Positions 51,916-64,000 of a DNA stretch of 64,000 nucleotides are shown piece after piece. Numbering within the stretch: the first letter of the stretch is position 1; every line of letters begins with the position of its first letter. The position numbers and the translations under genes were made by a program. This DNA is from Camelus dromedarius (Eukaryota): positions 36,830,001 to 36,894,000 of the forward strand of contig NC_087436.1 in NCBI RefSeq assembly GCF_036321535.1. Direction: 5' to 3'. The notes under the pieces are model-generated. The model searched no databases. It was given only the letters and a program-made list of their open reading frames with translations, and was not told the DNA's origin.

Positions 51916-52148
51916 ATGTAACCCACTCACTTGTAAACATACCTGTCTTGTACACTTAAAGTGCTTTCATAAATTAGTCTTAAATAAAAATCCTATGATC
52001 TTAAAATGCTTTAAAAATAAGTCTTAAATATAAGTCCTACGATCTCCTTGAGGCATGGAATCATGTTTTAAATGAGTTTCTTAATCCCCAAGTGTTGAGC
52101 AAATAGAAGGCATCTCATAAATACTTTCTAATCACTTTAAAAGAGTGT

Positions 52149-52312
52149 ACTGTATAGCACAGGGAAATATACACAAGATCTTATGGTAACTCACAGAGAA
52201 AAAATGTGACAATGAATATATATATGTTCATGTATAACTGAAAATTGTGCTCTACACTGGAATTTGACACAACATTGTAAAATGATTATAAATCAATAAA
52301 AAATGTTAAAAA
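52149..52312 (+). mobile_element. Short, probably young L1 3' end
   Basis: actgtatagcacagggaaatatac, tttgacacaacattgtaaaatg, poly(A); perfect TSD aaaagagtgt at 52139-52148 and 52313-52322 at a ttt/aaaa site. Confidence 0.9.
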
Positions 52313-55300
52313 AAAAGAGTGTGTTCATTTCTGCTCTTGCCCTAGGGATTCATCGATGACATCCACTTTGCCCTGTTTTTGTTATCCTGAGTTTTTAAAT
52401 GCTGCTATTTAAGATTACTCTGGTAGTTAATTGCTTTCCCTCTCCCTGTGAGGTACTTTCATAAACACTGAAAAATCAAGTCCATGTAGCCCAGAAAGAT
52501 TCATTCCAGTAAATGATAGTCTCTCTGGTCCTGTGCATCCCTTGGCAAGGCTGAGCTCGATGACCCGAGCCACCTGCTCGATCTGTTTCTCAGCTGTGCT
52601 CTCTGCACATCCCATGTCACTCAGCAGGTCTCTTTCAGAGGCCAGGCTGGATGCAAGTCTAATTATGAATCTTGAGAAAGGGAGGGGTGGTGTGAGGCAT
52701 GTGCTTCTGGATCAGCAAAGGGTCCTTAGCAAGGACCACAGGATCCATCAGAGTGAAACGGAGTCATATGTGAGCCATAACAGTCAGGTACACATTTCTC
52801 AGAGTCCTGGACATTTTATGTCTTCATTCTCATTCCCCTAATAATACAGCAAAGCTCATTGGAAAGACTGATGCTCATATGGTCAGTGCTCCTTACAATT
52901 CTTCTGCAAGGGTAGAGATTCTCACAGATCTGGGTATGTCGCCTACGATCTGCCCTGCCTGATGGGTCCTTTGACCTAAGATAACTGAATTTTTCTCCTG
53001 TTTTGCCTCTTTCTTCAATAAGCCACTCTAGTGTTCAGTCACTTTGTCCATTTTTAAACTTTTTAAACTGTAAAAAAGTTTTTATTTCCTTTATTCTAGC
53101 AAAATGAAAATAGAGTAGATTACGATTTGTACCCTGTATCCTGAGAATTTAAAGAAGGTTACTCCCTGGCTTTCTTCCCCCCCCATCATATTTATCCAGA
53201 GTGGAAGTGGGGAGGGAGTATAAGGTACATTCTGCTTTGAGATATGACTGTTTATTGAGGTTTATGTTACACCAGTAAATGAAACAGCATCACTTCCTTT
53301 TCCCAGCTTGCTGGAATTCCCAACGTCCGGACCATTTGGCTCTCTCTCAATCTGAAGACGTTCCCTCAAATTCATTCTCCTGATCTCTGCCCCTTTTCTG
53401 TGGCCTTTAATAAACTCTCAACCCTAGGGAAGGAAGCAAAGACTATCAACTAGTTTCCCTGATTGGCTTGTCAGATGGTTTCAAAATTCTCACGTTGAAA
53501 AGAAGCGGCTGTGCAGAGGTGGCCTTGTTCTCTGTGTGTGAATGAGGTGAGGAAATGTGTCCCTCCTGCCACCACACCCAGCCTAACCATGCCATGCCCG
53601 TGGTGGCCTCACCAGCCACTTCGGTGCCCACTAGTTTCCAACCCTGCCTCTGTGCAGACAGCCCAGTAGCTCACATCTGCCTCGACTGGAACCACATTTC
53701 TATTGATTTCCTGAATCACAATCCTTAGCAAGAATTACACTTTTCTTATCAGTTACAGAAGGCCTGAATGTTAGCATCACTCCATCTATAACAAGTTTTT
53801 CTGGCTGGGCTGAAACACAGGAAATAGGCAATATCCATCTTTCTGAACCACTGACTTGCACAGGGTCTGAGCAGCTGCTTAGGAAAAACACTGAACACTT
53901 TCTGTGGTTTGAGTCCAGACATGTCTGATGGATGATGGGCAGTGGAAACCAGATTAGTAGTTCTGAGGATGACAAGGGCAGTCTCTCTATAAGGGAGAAC
54001 GGAGACTCATTTGCAAGACCTATCAGCAGGACCCAAGCAGTATTTATTTCAATATTTAATTCAATAAATGTTTATTGGATAGTGCCATATGCCACACCCT
54101 GCACCAGGTAGGAGCAACCTTAACTTCGCATATCTTATCATCTGTAAATACAGAAAATAAGAAGACGGGCCCATTTGGTGGCTTCTATGTGTGCTTTTGG
54201 AAGTCAGGACATTTTTACTATTAACTGTTTTAATAACCTTGGCACTTTTAAAGAAATTGTTTATTTTGGTAACTGATGATATTCAACTTGAGTTACATTT
54301 TAAATATTAACTAATGCTACCTGAGGCATTGGAATAAGAATCCTAAAAACATTAAAATATTTTAAAAGAAATATGATCAATGTAACCTAATAATTTTCAT
54401 ATGAAATACTATTATTTCAATAAAAAGTGGGTGTTCCATTTGACATGATTGACAGTGCTAACTTCCCATCTTTTTTGGTCAGATGCTTGATTAGATATGT
54501 CTAAATCCCTGAAGGCATTAAACAAATTAATGTGTTCTGTATAATTCTGTATTCATGTGTTGTGTATAACTGCTGGCACTTCTGTCTTGTCATCTTATCT
54601 CCAACTAAGGCACCAAACACTCAGAATGTGGCGTGAAAACACTGGTGCATTTGAAGGGAAGTAGAAACTCATAAATCTTGAGTTTTTTACCCTACCCAAA
54701 ATTTGACCATCTGACTTTGATTCTCAGGTTAAACCCTGGAATGATGTGGCAGTTACTGTGCTGCTGCTGCTATTATAAATGCAACTGCTACCAACAACAT
54801 TATATAGCAATTATAAATACTGCTGATAACAACTAAGAAAAGCAGCACTGGTGGTTCTAGTAGCTGGTGTCACCAAGCCATCCAAGGCTACAGGAATTAA
54901 CTGTCAGCCCCAAGAAGCCAGAAGTAGGCAATTGGGGTTCTGGGACAGTCACCACTGTGAGAGAACTATCCACACTGGAACACAAATATTCAATTCCATT
55001 GATTGCTGAGTACAGCAGCTGACAACACAGGATGCCAAAGAATGAAGTGTCCTTGAGACTGGGTTACACTCATTTCAGTGCCATGTGCAGGGGAAACAGC
55101 AAAACTATATAGTTTACAACAGACCAAAACTCTTCAACGTTTGGGGAAAATCAATAAAGTAACTAGGAATCTCATTTAACGTCATTTTACAGTTTCCTAA
55201 TCATGTAATATTTTAAATATATTTTGCCCATTTCTCAAGTAGCATATCAACCTTCAACACTTCCTTAATGACTAGTAGTCAACATTAGAGGTGATGTGGT

Positions 55301-56530
55301 TTTTCCCATCACATTCTAGTTCATTTATTTCTCTATCCACACTAATCACATGGACCACTGTAGTACTCCCTCTGGACATCCTTCTGGGTCTTCAAATGCT
55401 TTGTAAGGTTTTTATATCAAGCCCTTCAATAAATTGCCACAAAGTCTACATATTCCACTTGCCCCTTGTTTGAACCAAAATTTTTTTAGCATTTTATAGG
55501 TACTGGAATTATTTTGACTACTTTTTGGGGGTAATAGTTTCTGTTTCTTCAAACTCTATGCATTTTTAGATTTTTCTTTTTTTGGCCAATTCTTTAAATG
55601 ACATATCAGCATTAATTTTGTATGTTTTTATCATCAGTAACTAAAACTGAATATTCCTTTTCAAATATTAAAACCATTTTTGCTAAATTAGTAGATTTTG
55701 GCAAATTGGTCATTCAATTAGTTGAATCTTGTCTTGCAAAGTATTGATTTTTGGTGAGTTGATCTACAAAAGTTGGAGGTTCTAAACTAGGTCCATGCTT
55801 ACATTGAACAACTTCTAGAGAATATAAATATACATTGACATTTTTAGAGTATTTTGGCTACAGCAGTATGTCAGATGGAATGCATACCCATTAGAACACA
55901 CCATATACACTGTAAATGATTAATAAAAGGACAAGTCCTGAGAGATTTAGGCTCCAGAAATTGAGAAGTATCTTTATCACAATCTGAAACAGACTTTATA
56001 AATAACCTAGAAGGCCCAGGACTCTGTTTATAGACATTACATTGTGTCCTTAACTGGGGAAACATTGCTAAACACTGCTGGGCCTTTTGTGTGTTTATTT
56101 ATGCATGATACCTTATACGAACTGTCATTTCACGATCTTGGCCATGAGGTTCTGACTTGTTAAGAGTTGTAATAATAATTATTGTTTGCATGACAATACA
56201 TTGCTTATAAATTTTTTTAGATAACATCTCTGTTAATAAGCCAATAAGGCAGTTACATTACAGTGCATTTTTTAATAAGGAGGGAGAATTTTGTATGGTA
56301 GTGTAGGAGAATATTTCAATTCTTCAGCTAAAATTTCAACTTGTAACACATTCACATGGAGAAATTTCAGTTGAGACAAGATTCTGTGAACAATCATCTT
56401 AATACTCAGAAAGCCAACCTCGTTTTCCCTAAACCAGCTTAGCATGGACTCATGCGTTCATGGCTACTATACTTCAACTCTAATGTAACCTCTCTGACTC
56501 AAGATAAGACATTCAAGAAGAACTGATTCA

Positions 56531-57495
56531 AACAAAAACACAAACAACCCAATCCAAAAATAGGCAAAAGACCTAAACAAACAATTCTCCAGTGAAGACA
56601 TACAAATGGCCAATAGGCACATGAAAAAATGTTCAATATGGCTAATTATTAGAGAAATGCAAATCAAAACTACAATGAAGTATCACCTCACACCAGTCAG
56701 AATGGCCACCATTCAAAAGTTCACAAACGATAAATGCTGGAGAGGGTGTGGAGAAAAGGGAACCCTCCTACACTGTTAGTAGGAATTTAGTTTGATGCAG
56801 CCATTATGGAAAACAGTATGGAGATTCCTCAAAAAACTAAAAATAGACTTACCATATGATCCAGCAATCCCACTCCTAGTCATATATCCAGAGGGAATCT
56901 TAATTCAAAAAGATACATGCACCCCAATGTTCATAGCAGCACTATTTACAATAGCCAAGACAACGGAAACAACCTAAATGTCCTTTGACAGATGACTGGA
57001 TAAAGGAACTTTGGTAAATTTCTACAATGGAATACTATTCAGCCATTAAAAATAATTTTAAAAATGCCATTTACAGCAACATGGATGGACCTGGAGATTG
57101 TCATTCTAAGTGAAATAAGCCAGAAAGAGAAAGAAAAATACCATATAATATCACTTATATGTAGAATCTGAAAAAAAAAAAAAGACAAATGAACTTCTTT
57201 ACAAAACAGACACAGACTTACAGACATAGAAAATAAACTTATGGTTACTGGGGTGGGGGAGTAGGGATAAATTGGGAGTTTGAAGTTTGCAGATACTAAC
57301 AAATATATATAACAAGTTTATACTGTATAGCATGGGGAACTATATTCAATATCTTTTAGTAACTTATGGTGAAAAAGAATATGAAAACAAATATATGTAT
57401 GTTTATGTATGATTGAAGCATTGTGCTGTACACCAGGAATTGACACAACATTGTAAACTGACTACACTTCAATAAAAAATATATATACAAAAAAA
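56531..57495 (+). mobile_element. 5'-truncated cetartiodactyl L1 (ORF2 C-terminus and 3' UTR)
   Basis: Peptide [31 protein letters not shown]...[14 protein letters not shown] (56792-56977); poly(A); degenerate TSD at 56515-56530 and 57496-57511. Confidence 0.95.
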
Positions 57496-59769
57496 AAGAA
57501 GAATTAGTTCAGCTGAGGCCAACATTAGGATAGAGATTATTAGAATGAATTTTAGATAAAGTCAGGAATCAAACTGACAGCATCTATGAAAACTGGAACA
57601 TCTTTGGCTTCATTGACAAGACAAGAAATCCAAGAAGCAATGCTTGGCTACAAAATTGAGTAATAGCAAATGTGCACATACTAAATTTTTTTCCCAGTGT
57701 TCATGAAGTAAAGTTACTGTCTCCAAGTTGCCCCCAGCCAGCCCTGCTCCCACCAGGCTCTATTCTAATCTATCCCTAGAAATAGTACAAGGAATCATTG
57801 ACCAATCTTGAGCTATATTCATATTGGTGACTGGCAGGGATTAATATCCTCTCTGAATTTCAGTAACTTCCTCTGAATAAAACCATGCACAAAACACCCA
57901 CTCTGACTACAACATATAACTATGATATGAAATGAAGTAGCAAAATCTCTGGACACTGAACACTAAAATAGCCTCTTAACTGTTTTTCCTAAAATAGGTT
58001 ATATGAAACCTCCTTTTATAAAGAGATAATTGGCTACCATAAATAGTATAATAAAAGCAGTCTCTTGTTTCTGCTGTAAAACTTGAAATGTATTCATGAC
58101 AAAAGAGAACACTCTGAGTTCTAACCTTGATTTTTAATAATGAAATAATTTTGCAAAAACATGTGATGTGTTATTTTATATAGTTGTTAGGCTAGCTAAG
58201 ACTTTTCTACCAAATGATTACCTGCTTAGACACTGTTAAATGACTTAATTTCCTACATATTTCTTCACTTACTAATTAGGGCCATTAATCAGCCTGTAGC
58301 CCATATAATTTATAAATGACTGATATGATTAAAACTCAATTTGTCATCTAATTATGGGAATATGTTTATGTGTAAAGCCGAGGTTGTAGTGTTAGTACAT
58401 ATTTTGTAAGGTTGCAAAACAACAGGTTTGACCAGCTGAATTCTAAGTTTGAGAAGTTTTATAAATTAAGGATAATAATGCTATCAAAATAGCAAACGCT
58501 ATCAAAGTATCCCTCCTGCCTCATGTTTTGAGATTGTCTCTGTTTTGTCATTGGAAGGCCAATTCAGGATCCAGTCCATTTTATGTCATAAAAGTGTAGA
58601 GCTCTTGTCAAATGAGGAGACATCAAAAGCATGATGATGGCAACTGGAAAGAGATGAGAAGCTGGTTCTACACGGGTGGGGGCCGATATGAGGCTAAGTA
58701 AGGAGAAGTGTGATTGGACAGAAGTAAGCTGGATTCTGATTGATGATTGGAAGCCTCCTTCATTTCATGAGCAGGTGATAAAAATTATTCTGTAGGTAAA
58801 GAATAAACTGAAATGGGGGAGACTGCAGCTAAGGAGACCAGCTAATATGTGTAAGGTGAGTAGGACATTAGTTAATGTGGTGACTGTGGCATTATTAAGA
58901 ATGGTATTAATGGGAAAGTACTGAACGAGTCGGCAGCTGATTGAGTAAGAAGGAAAGAAAGATGAGAACAGGACAGAGAGGCAGTAACTAAGAGGCACTC
59001 CAGTGTTGACAGCCTAAAGTCTCAGGAAAATGTAGAGACCTTGACATTCATGGAGAATTCTGCAGATTTAGAGAAAAGATGGGATGGAAACAAAATATGA
59101 AAATCATTGATTCAGAAAATAAGACTATTTCATGTAGTAATCGAAATATAGAAATTTCAAATAGTAATAGAGTATAGAAACAATATTTCATGGTAAAGAA
59201 AAATTATATCTAAATATCAAAGGGAAAGAACTAGAAAAAGAAGGCTTAAAATAGAGATGAGAGCATTAGAAGGATGCCCAATATGCTTGAAGTCCGTGGC
59301 CAGAAGAATCTGTGTAGTGAAGACACTGCTAAAGAGGAGAAACCACCTCCTCAGAGACACCTAAGTCCAGAGTGAAGCAGTGGGGAGGGAGTGGTGACAA
59401 GACCTTAAGGAAAAAGAGGTAGAAGCCAGAAGGTGACAACATAAGATGATGCCAATATGTCAGACTCCTGAAGATGAGCTGACTCTGTCCACGTGCCCTA
59501 CCCCATCCTGTAATCCTGATTCATGGTGCCTGTTCCCTCCTTATTCATTCATTTTTTTTTCACTCACTCACTCACAAGACTGGTTAGGCACCATCTTTAC
59601 CTCCTCAAAACTCACAGACTTACAGAAGGGTTATTGAGTAGAGGGGGAGACAGGCACCTCTATATATTGTGATAAGGGCTCACTTTGAGAACACCAACGA
59701 GGACACAATAATTCTGACTAGGGAGTGAGCAAGACTTTCCAGGGGATGTGTGTCAAAAAGTTACAAGCA

Positions 59770-60285
59770 TAAACGTTTATCACCAAAGGCTTTCACCAAG
59801 AGATAGCTTCAAGGATGTTCATAGCAACATTACTCATCAGATCCCCTGGTTGGAATCTATCCATGTGCCCATCAACAGTAGAAGGGGTAAATAAAGTGTG
59901 GTATGATCACCTACTGGAATGAGAATGAATGAATTACAACTACACACAACAACACCGGTGATGTTCAGAAACGCAACGTCGTATGAAAAGTGCCAGACAC
60001 AAAAGGAGTACATACTGTGTGATTCCACTTATGTGAAGTTCAAAAACAGGCCACCTGAATCTATGGTGTCAGACTGATGGTTATCCTTAACGGAAAGCAG
60101 TGACTGGAAGAGAGCAGGAGGGGATGAACGGGGCTTCTGTGGAAGCTGATTTCTGTGGAAACTAATATTGTTTCTTGACCCAAATGCTGCTTACAATGTG
60201 CATTGAATTTGCAGAAATTCCTCAAGCTATGCCCTTGTTACTTGTATGCTGTTCTGTATATATCTTACACTTTAATGAAAAGTGA
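59770..60285 (+). mobile_element. Old L1MB/ME 3' end
   Basis: aggatgttcatagcaacatta, ccagacacaaaaggagtacatactgtgtgattccacttatgtgaagttcaaaaacagg. Confidence 0.8.
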
Positions 60286-60418
60286 ATTGAAGTGGGGGAA
60301 TAATGACCTAGAAGCTTAAGAAGAGAGGTGGAGGACATGGTGAAAGCAGAGTATGCTGCTGCTCCTCTGCTTGTTCCTCTACGTCAGCTCTTCACTCTTC
60401 CCCACCTGGAAGGATGAC

Positions 60419-60891
60419 CGTCAGAGGTTGAATTGTGTCCTCACCAAAAAAGATACGTTGAAGTCCTAATCCTGAGTACCTCAGAATGTGACCTTATCTG
60501 GAAATAGCATTGTTACAGATGTACCTGGTTATGATGAGGTCGTACTGGAGTAGGGTGGGCCTCTACCAACATGCCTGGTGTCCTTATCCGCAGGACGCAT
60601 GAAGACAGAGATACAGGAATCAACATGGAACCAACGGCACTTGAAGACGGAGGATTGGAGAGATGACTCTACAAGCCAAGAAATGCCAAAGATTGCTGGA
60701 AAATCATCAGCATCCAGAAGGAAGCAAGGAAGGATTTCTCTAAAATTTCTAGAGGGAGCATGGCTTTGCTGATACCTTGGTTTTAGATGCTAGCCTCCAG
60801 AAGTGTGAAACGATAAACTTCTGTTGTTCTAAACCACCTTTCCTTCTTAGGTTTGGGGTACTTTGTTACAACAGCCCTAGGAGTCCAATAT
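60419..60891 (+). mobile_element. MaLR LTR, MLT1C-like
   Basis: gttgaattgtgtcc, tacctcagaatgtgaccttatctggaaatag, tactttgttacaacagccctaggagtccaatata. Confidence 0.9.
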
Positions 60892-60899
60892 ACTTGCTT

Positions 60900-61240
60900 T
60901 ATAGATCTTTATAAATGGCATCAGTGGGCTTCCTTACTGTTAGAAAGTGGCCAGCGGGAGGTAAACAGGAGGAGGTGCTGCCAATCAGAAGGTGGGAGAG
61001 AGTGCTGGGCTCCACCGGCAGCTGCTGCTTGCCTCCCGAAGGCTGTAGCTCTCAGTCCATGTCCTTTAACCATCCCTCCCTCTGCCTCTCAGGTCCAAGG
61101 TTGATAATGGGCCCTGCTGTTGCTAGCTCCAGGGTACTTTTCACCCCCAGTGGTTCTCCCTGTACCCAGTCTATGCTTTTATAAATAGGACCCCCACGAA
61201 ACTCCTCTGAGTTACCCTGCTTGGGATTGTGCATGGATCC
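60900..61240 (+). mobile_element. Old ERVL LTR (LTR33-like)
   Basis: gcatcagtgggcttcctt, atcagaaggtgggagagag, ctgctgttgctagctccagggtact, aaactcctctgagttaccc. Confidence 0.55.
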
Positions 61241-61540
61241 TGAACTATTAAGAAGAGAACCAGCACTTCCTCAGTGCTACATACATACTTGTATCCACAC
61301 ATTATAGTTTTCAGAACAAGTTTGTAGGAATCATGATGAGATGCCCTCAGGAAAATCCCCTATAAGGAACCTAACCTAAAACCCTATGATACTGACAGGT
61401 AAAGATTTTTCCTGATTCAGATATTGCCTGTTGTTCTTAAGCAAGGTCTGTGTACCACCTCCCCAAGCCAGGCTGCACTTCTGCAATAGGAGAACTTGTG
61501 CCTTCAGCAAAGCCTCTCCTTAAAATCCCTTTGTTTAAAA

Positions 61541-61805
61541 CTGTGGTTACACTGGGGAGAAAGTAGGGGAGGGATAGATTAGGAGTTTGAGATTAACAGA
61601 CACATATTACTATATATAAAATAGATAAACAACAAGGACCACTATGTAGCACAGGGAACTGTATTCAATTTCTTATAGTAACCTATAATCGAAAAGAATC
61701 TGAAAATATATGTATGTATGTATATGTATAACTGAATCACTTTGCTGTACACCTGAAACTAACATAAATCAACTACATTTCAATAAAAAAATAAGAATTT
61801 TAAAA
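61541..61805 (+). mobile_element. Cetartiodactyl-type L1 3' end
   Basis: gattaggagtttgagattaacagac, aactgaatcactttgctgtacacctgaaactaac; both flanks share ccctttgttta. Confidence 0.85.
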
Positions 61806-64000
61806 GACTCAAAAAGATACCCCTTTGTTTAGAAATCAGGCTTGCTTGCCTTTATTTCCACAAAAAGTAGTGAAGAAGGGAATTTCTCTCTCAATGTAAG
61901 GTAAGAGGAGGCAAAAGAATTTTGTGATTGGCTTTCATTATGGCCCATAATTTCTGTTGAGGGGGTGGAGAGAGTCACCCAATGGTCTGCTTGGGCTTGG
62001 CTACAGGCTATAAGCCATAAGATAAAGCCCTATGGTCATCTGCCCATAAATGAACCATTTAGCTCTGGAGTAATCAATGAGAAGCCCCATCTTCATCTTC
62101 AAAAAGAGTGTGGCCAACAGTCACATATAGCTTAGCACTGAATTGATTTGAAAAAAAAAGTGTTATCCTATAGGCTGGCACTGGCTGAGAGAGCTGAGTA
62201 AATCGCACTATCAGCCTTTTGTGTTAGTCACATAGTCCATAGAGCCCTTGGGCTAATTCTAGCTATTTGTGCCAGGCTGTCTGTCTTCCTGCCTCGGCCA
62301 GGGAAGCTCTAGGTCAGCAATATCCAGACCTCAGCTTCCAAATGGCTTATGGCTCTTGTAATTACCAAGAGACTCCCAAACTTCTGGTTGTTGAACTGGA
62401 ATATCCGTGAGACTATTTAAGAGACTGTGGCCTTTCCAGTTAATGGTGATTGCAGCTGTGAGGCTCCAGGATCCCAGGACTGCAGATACTACTGGCCTGG
62501 GTATTAAGTATGAGACACTAGAAGTCATGTGGTGACCTCTGGGGAAGGACCCAAAATAACCAAGGCCAAGCTGAGATGTTACAAGGAAAACTGAACCTGA
62601 ATAAGCACCCATGATATACAGCAAGAAAAACAGGGATTGCTTGTGTCTACAGTCTATGTTTAGCAAAATGTGCTCCTTTGAAAGCTGGAATGTGTGGCTG
62701 TTATTTATAGAAAGCACTGTAAGCATGTCCAAGCCCCTTCTGTGGTATAAAAAAGCAAACTATGGTGAGCCACAGAGAGGAATTTATTGTCAATGCTGAT
62801 AAACCGAAACCCCAGTGATGAGGGTGTGATTACACAACTCACTGGGGTTACTTCCCCATCAGTCATGTGTTCCCGTGTTCCAGGAGGATCAGGGCAGCTA
62901 TGAGAATAGAGACGGAGGAGGGAAGCATGGATAATCAACAAGAAATGTTTTTAAAGTTAAAATAAGTGTTCAGTCTCCTGGTGTCCCTACTTGACAAGAG
63001 AAGGGATACAATAAGGTTGTCATCAATCCTCATGCTGTTGAGTAGAGTGGACCAACAAACAACTATAAGGAAGAAATGAGCTAGAAAAGAAAGAAGAACG
63101 TGTAATTTAAGGCATTTGCTATCACTTTCCTTTTGACATATTATCAAGGAAATCATTACCTTTCTTATTGGATAAGGTGTTCATTTAGTTTAACAAGCAC
63201 TTACCGGGCATTTATGTGCTTAAATTTTACAGGGAAAAATGTTACTTCTGTCATTATCTATTCTGTGTTTCAGAAGAATGCCTCTTTCTTTCAAAGGAGT
63301 TCAATGTCCCAGGCAGGTTGCTTTGCTTTTGGTAGGGCCACTGCTGGCCTTTTTGGTGCTATTGAGTAAGTGCTGGCAGCCTCATGAGCACACGGCTCAG
63401 GGTAAAAAGTGTGGGCTGGATTTTGGCTCCCATTTGTGCTCCAAGTCAGGTGTCATTGGGCAGTGCACAAACTATACACCTGTACTTGGCAGCCTAGCTT
63501 CATGTAACAAGTATGTTTTTTATTAAGTTGTGTGTGAATTGAAATATGTGTGGACTCACTATGATCTCTGGTTTCCCCATAAAAGGAGATTTGGTAAATT
63601 GTCAGGGCAGTGTTTTATACCCTGAAGCCAAATCTTTGCAGATGTATTGTTTGTAAGGTAAAGAAGTATCTCATAATTTACCCATTATACAAATCAATAA
63701 TTAATAGTAATATTATAGTAATTATTTAATTATTATTACAGAATAATTTAATGATGAATTAAATTAAATTCAGCTCACTTCCTCATGTCCAGGGTGGCAA
63801 AAAACCTTAATTTATGTGCCCCCAAATTCTTCAGAATAAAAGCTTTATTACCAGCTATCTCTGCAGAAATATGTGATACTATAAAAACTTATTTCTCACT
63901 GCCTAATGGTCAGGAAAGCCTCCTTGCAATATAAAAGTCTTGACAGTCGGGAGAGAATATAAAAGAACAAGAGTGCTATTGGTGAGCTTCCAAAAATTTG

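Noticed and set aside
51970..52045. Imperfect ~31-bp duplication (agtcttaaata...tcctaYgatct)
   Set aside because: Diverged, AT-rich local duplication next to an L2-like tail, with no sign of function.
54760..55100. Possible ancient LTR or pseudogene fragment
   Set aside because: No diagnostic motif or meaningful translation recognised.

Overview
AT-rich, CpG-poor mammalian non-coding DNA, either intergenic or deep intronic. It is very probably from a camelid (alpaca, llama or camel): six copies of a tRNA-Ala-derived SINE resemble Vic-1, alongside cetartiodactyl-type L1 3' ends. I find no convincing protein-coding gene, true RNA gene or CpG island, and nothing prokaryotic (no CRISPR or operon). 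The listed ORFs are decayed L1 pieces, microsatellite read-throughs or chance ORFs. Much of the window is interspersed repeat: old and young L1, L2, L3, MIR, MaLR/ERVL/ERV1 LTRs and several hAT DNA transposons. The most noteworthy items are (i) an ~830-bp hAT-Ac-like element with both termini, a probable TSD and a transposase remnant, (ii) a Tip100-type transposase C-terminus, (iii) a MER53 hairpin with a perfect arm-to-arm match, (iv) nested insertions that give relative ages, and (v) a few enhancer-like motif clusters. I do not see a novel multi-gene system. Repeat family names come from recalled consensus sequences, not a database search, and boundaries of old repeats are approximate.
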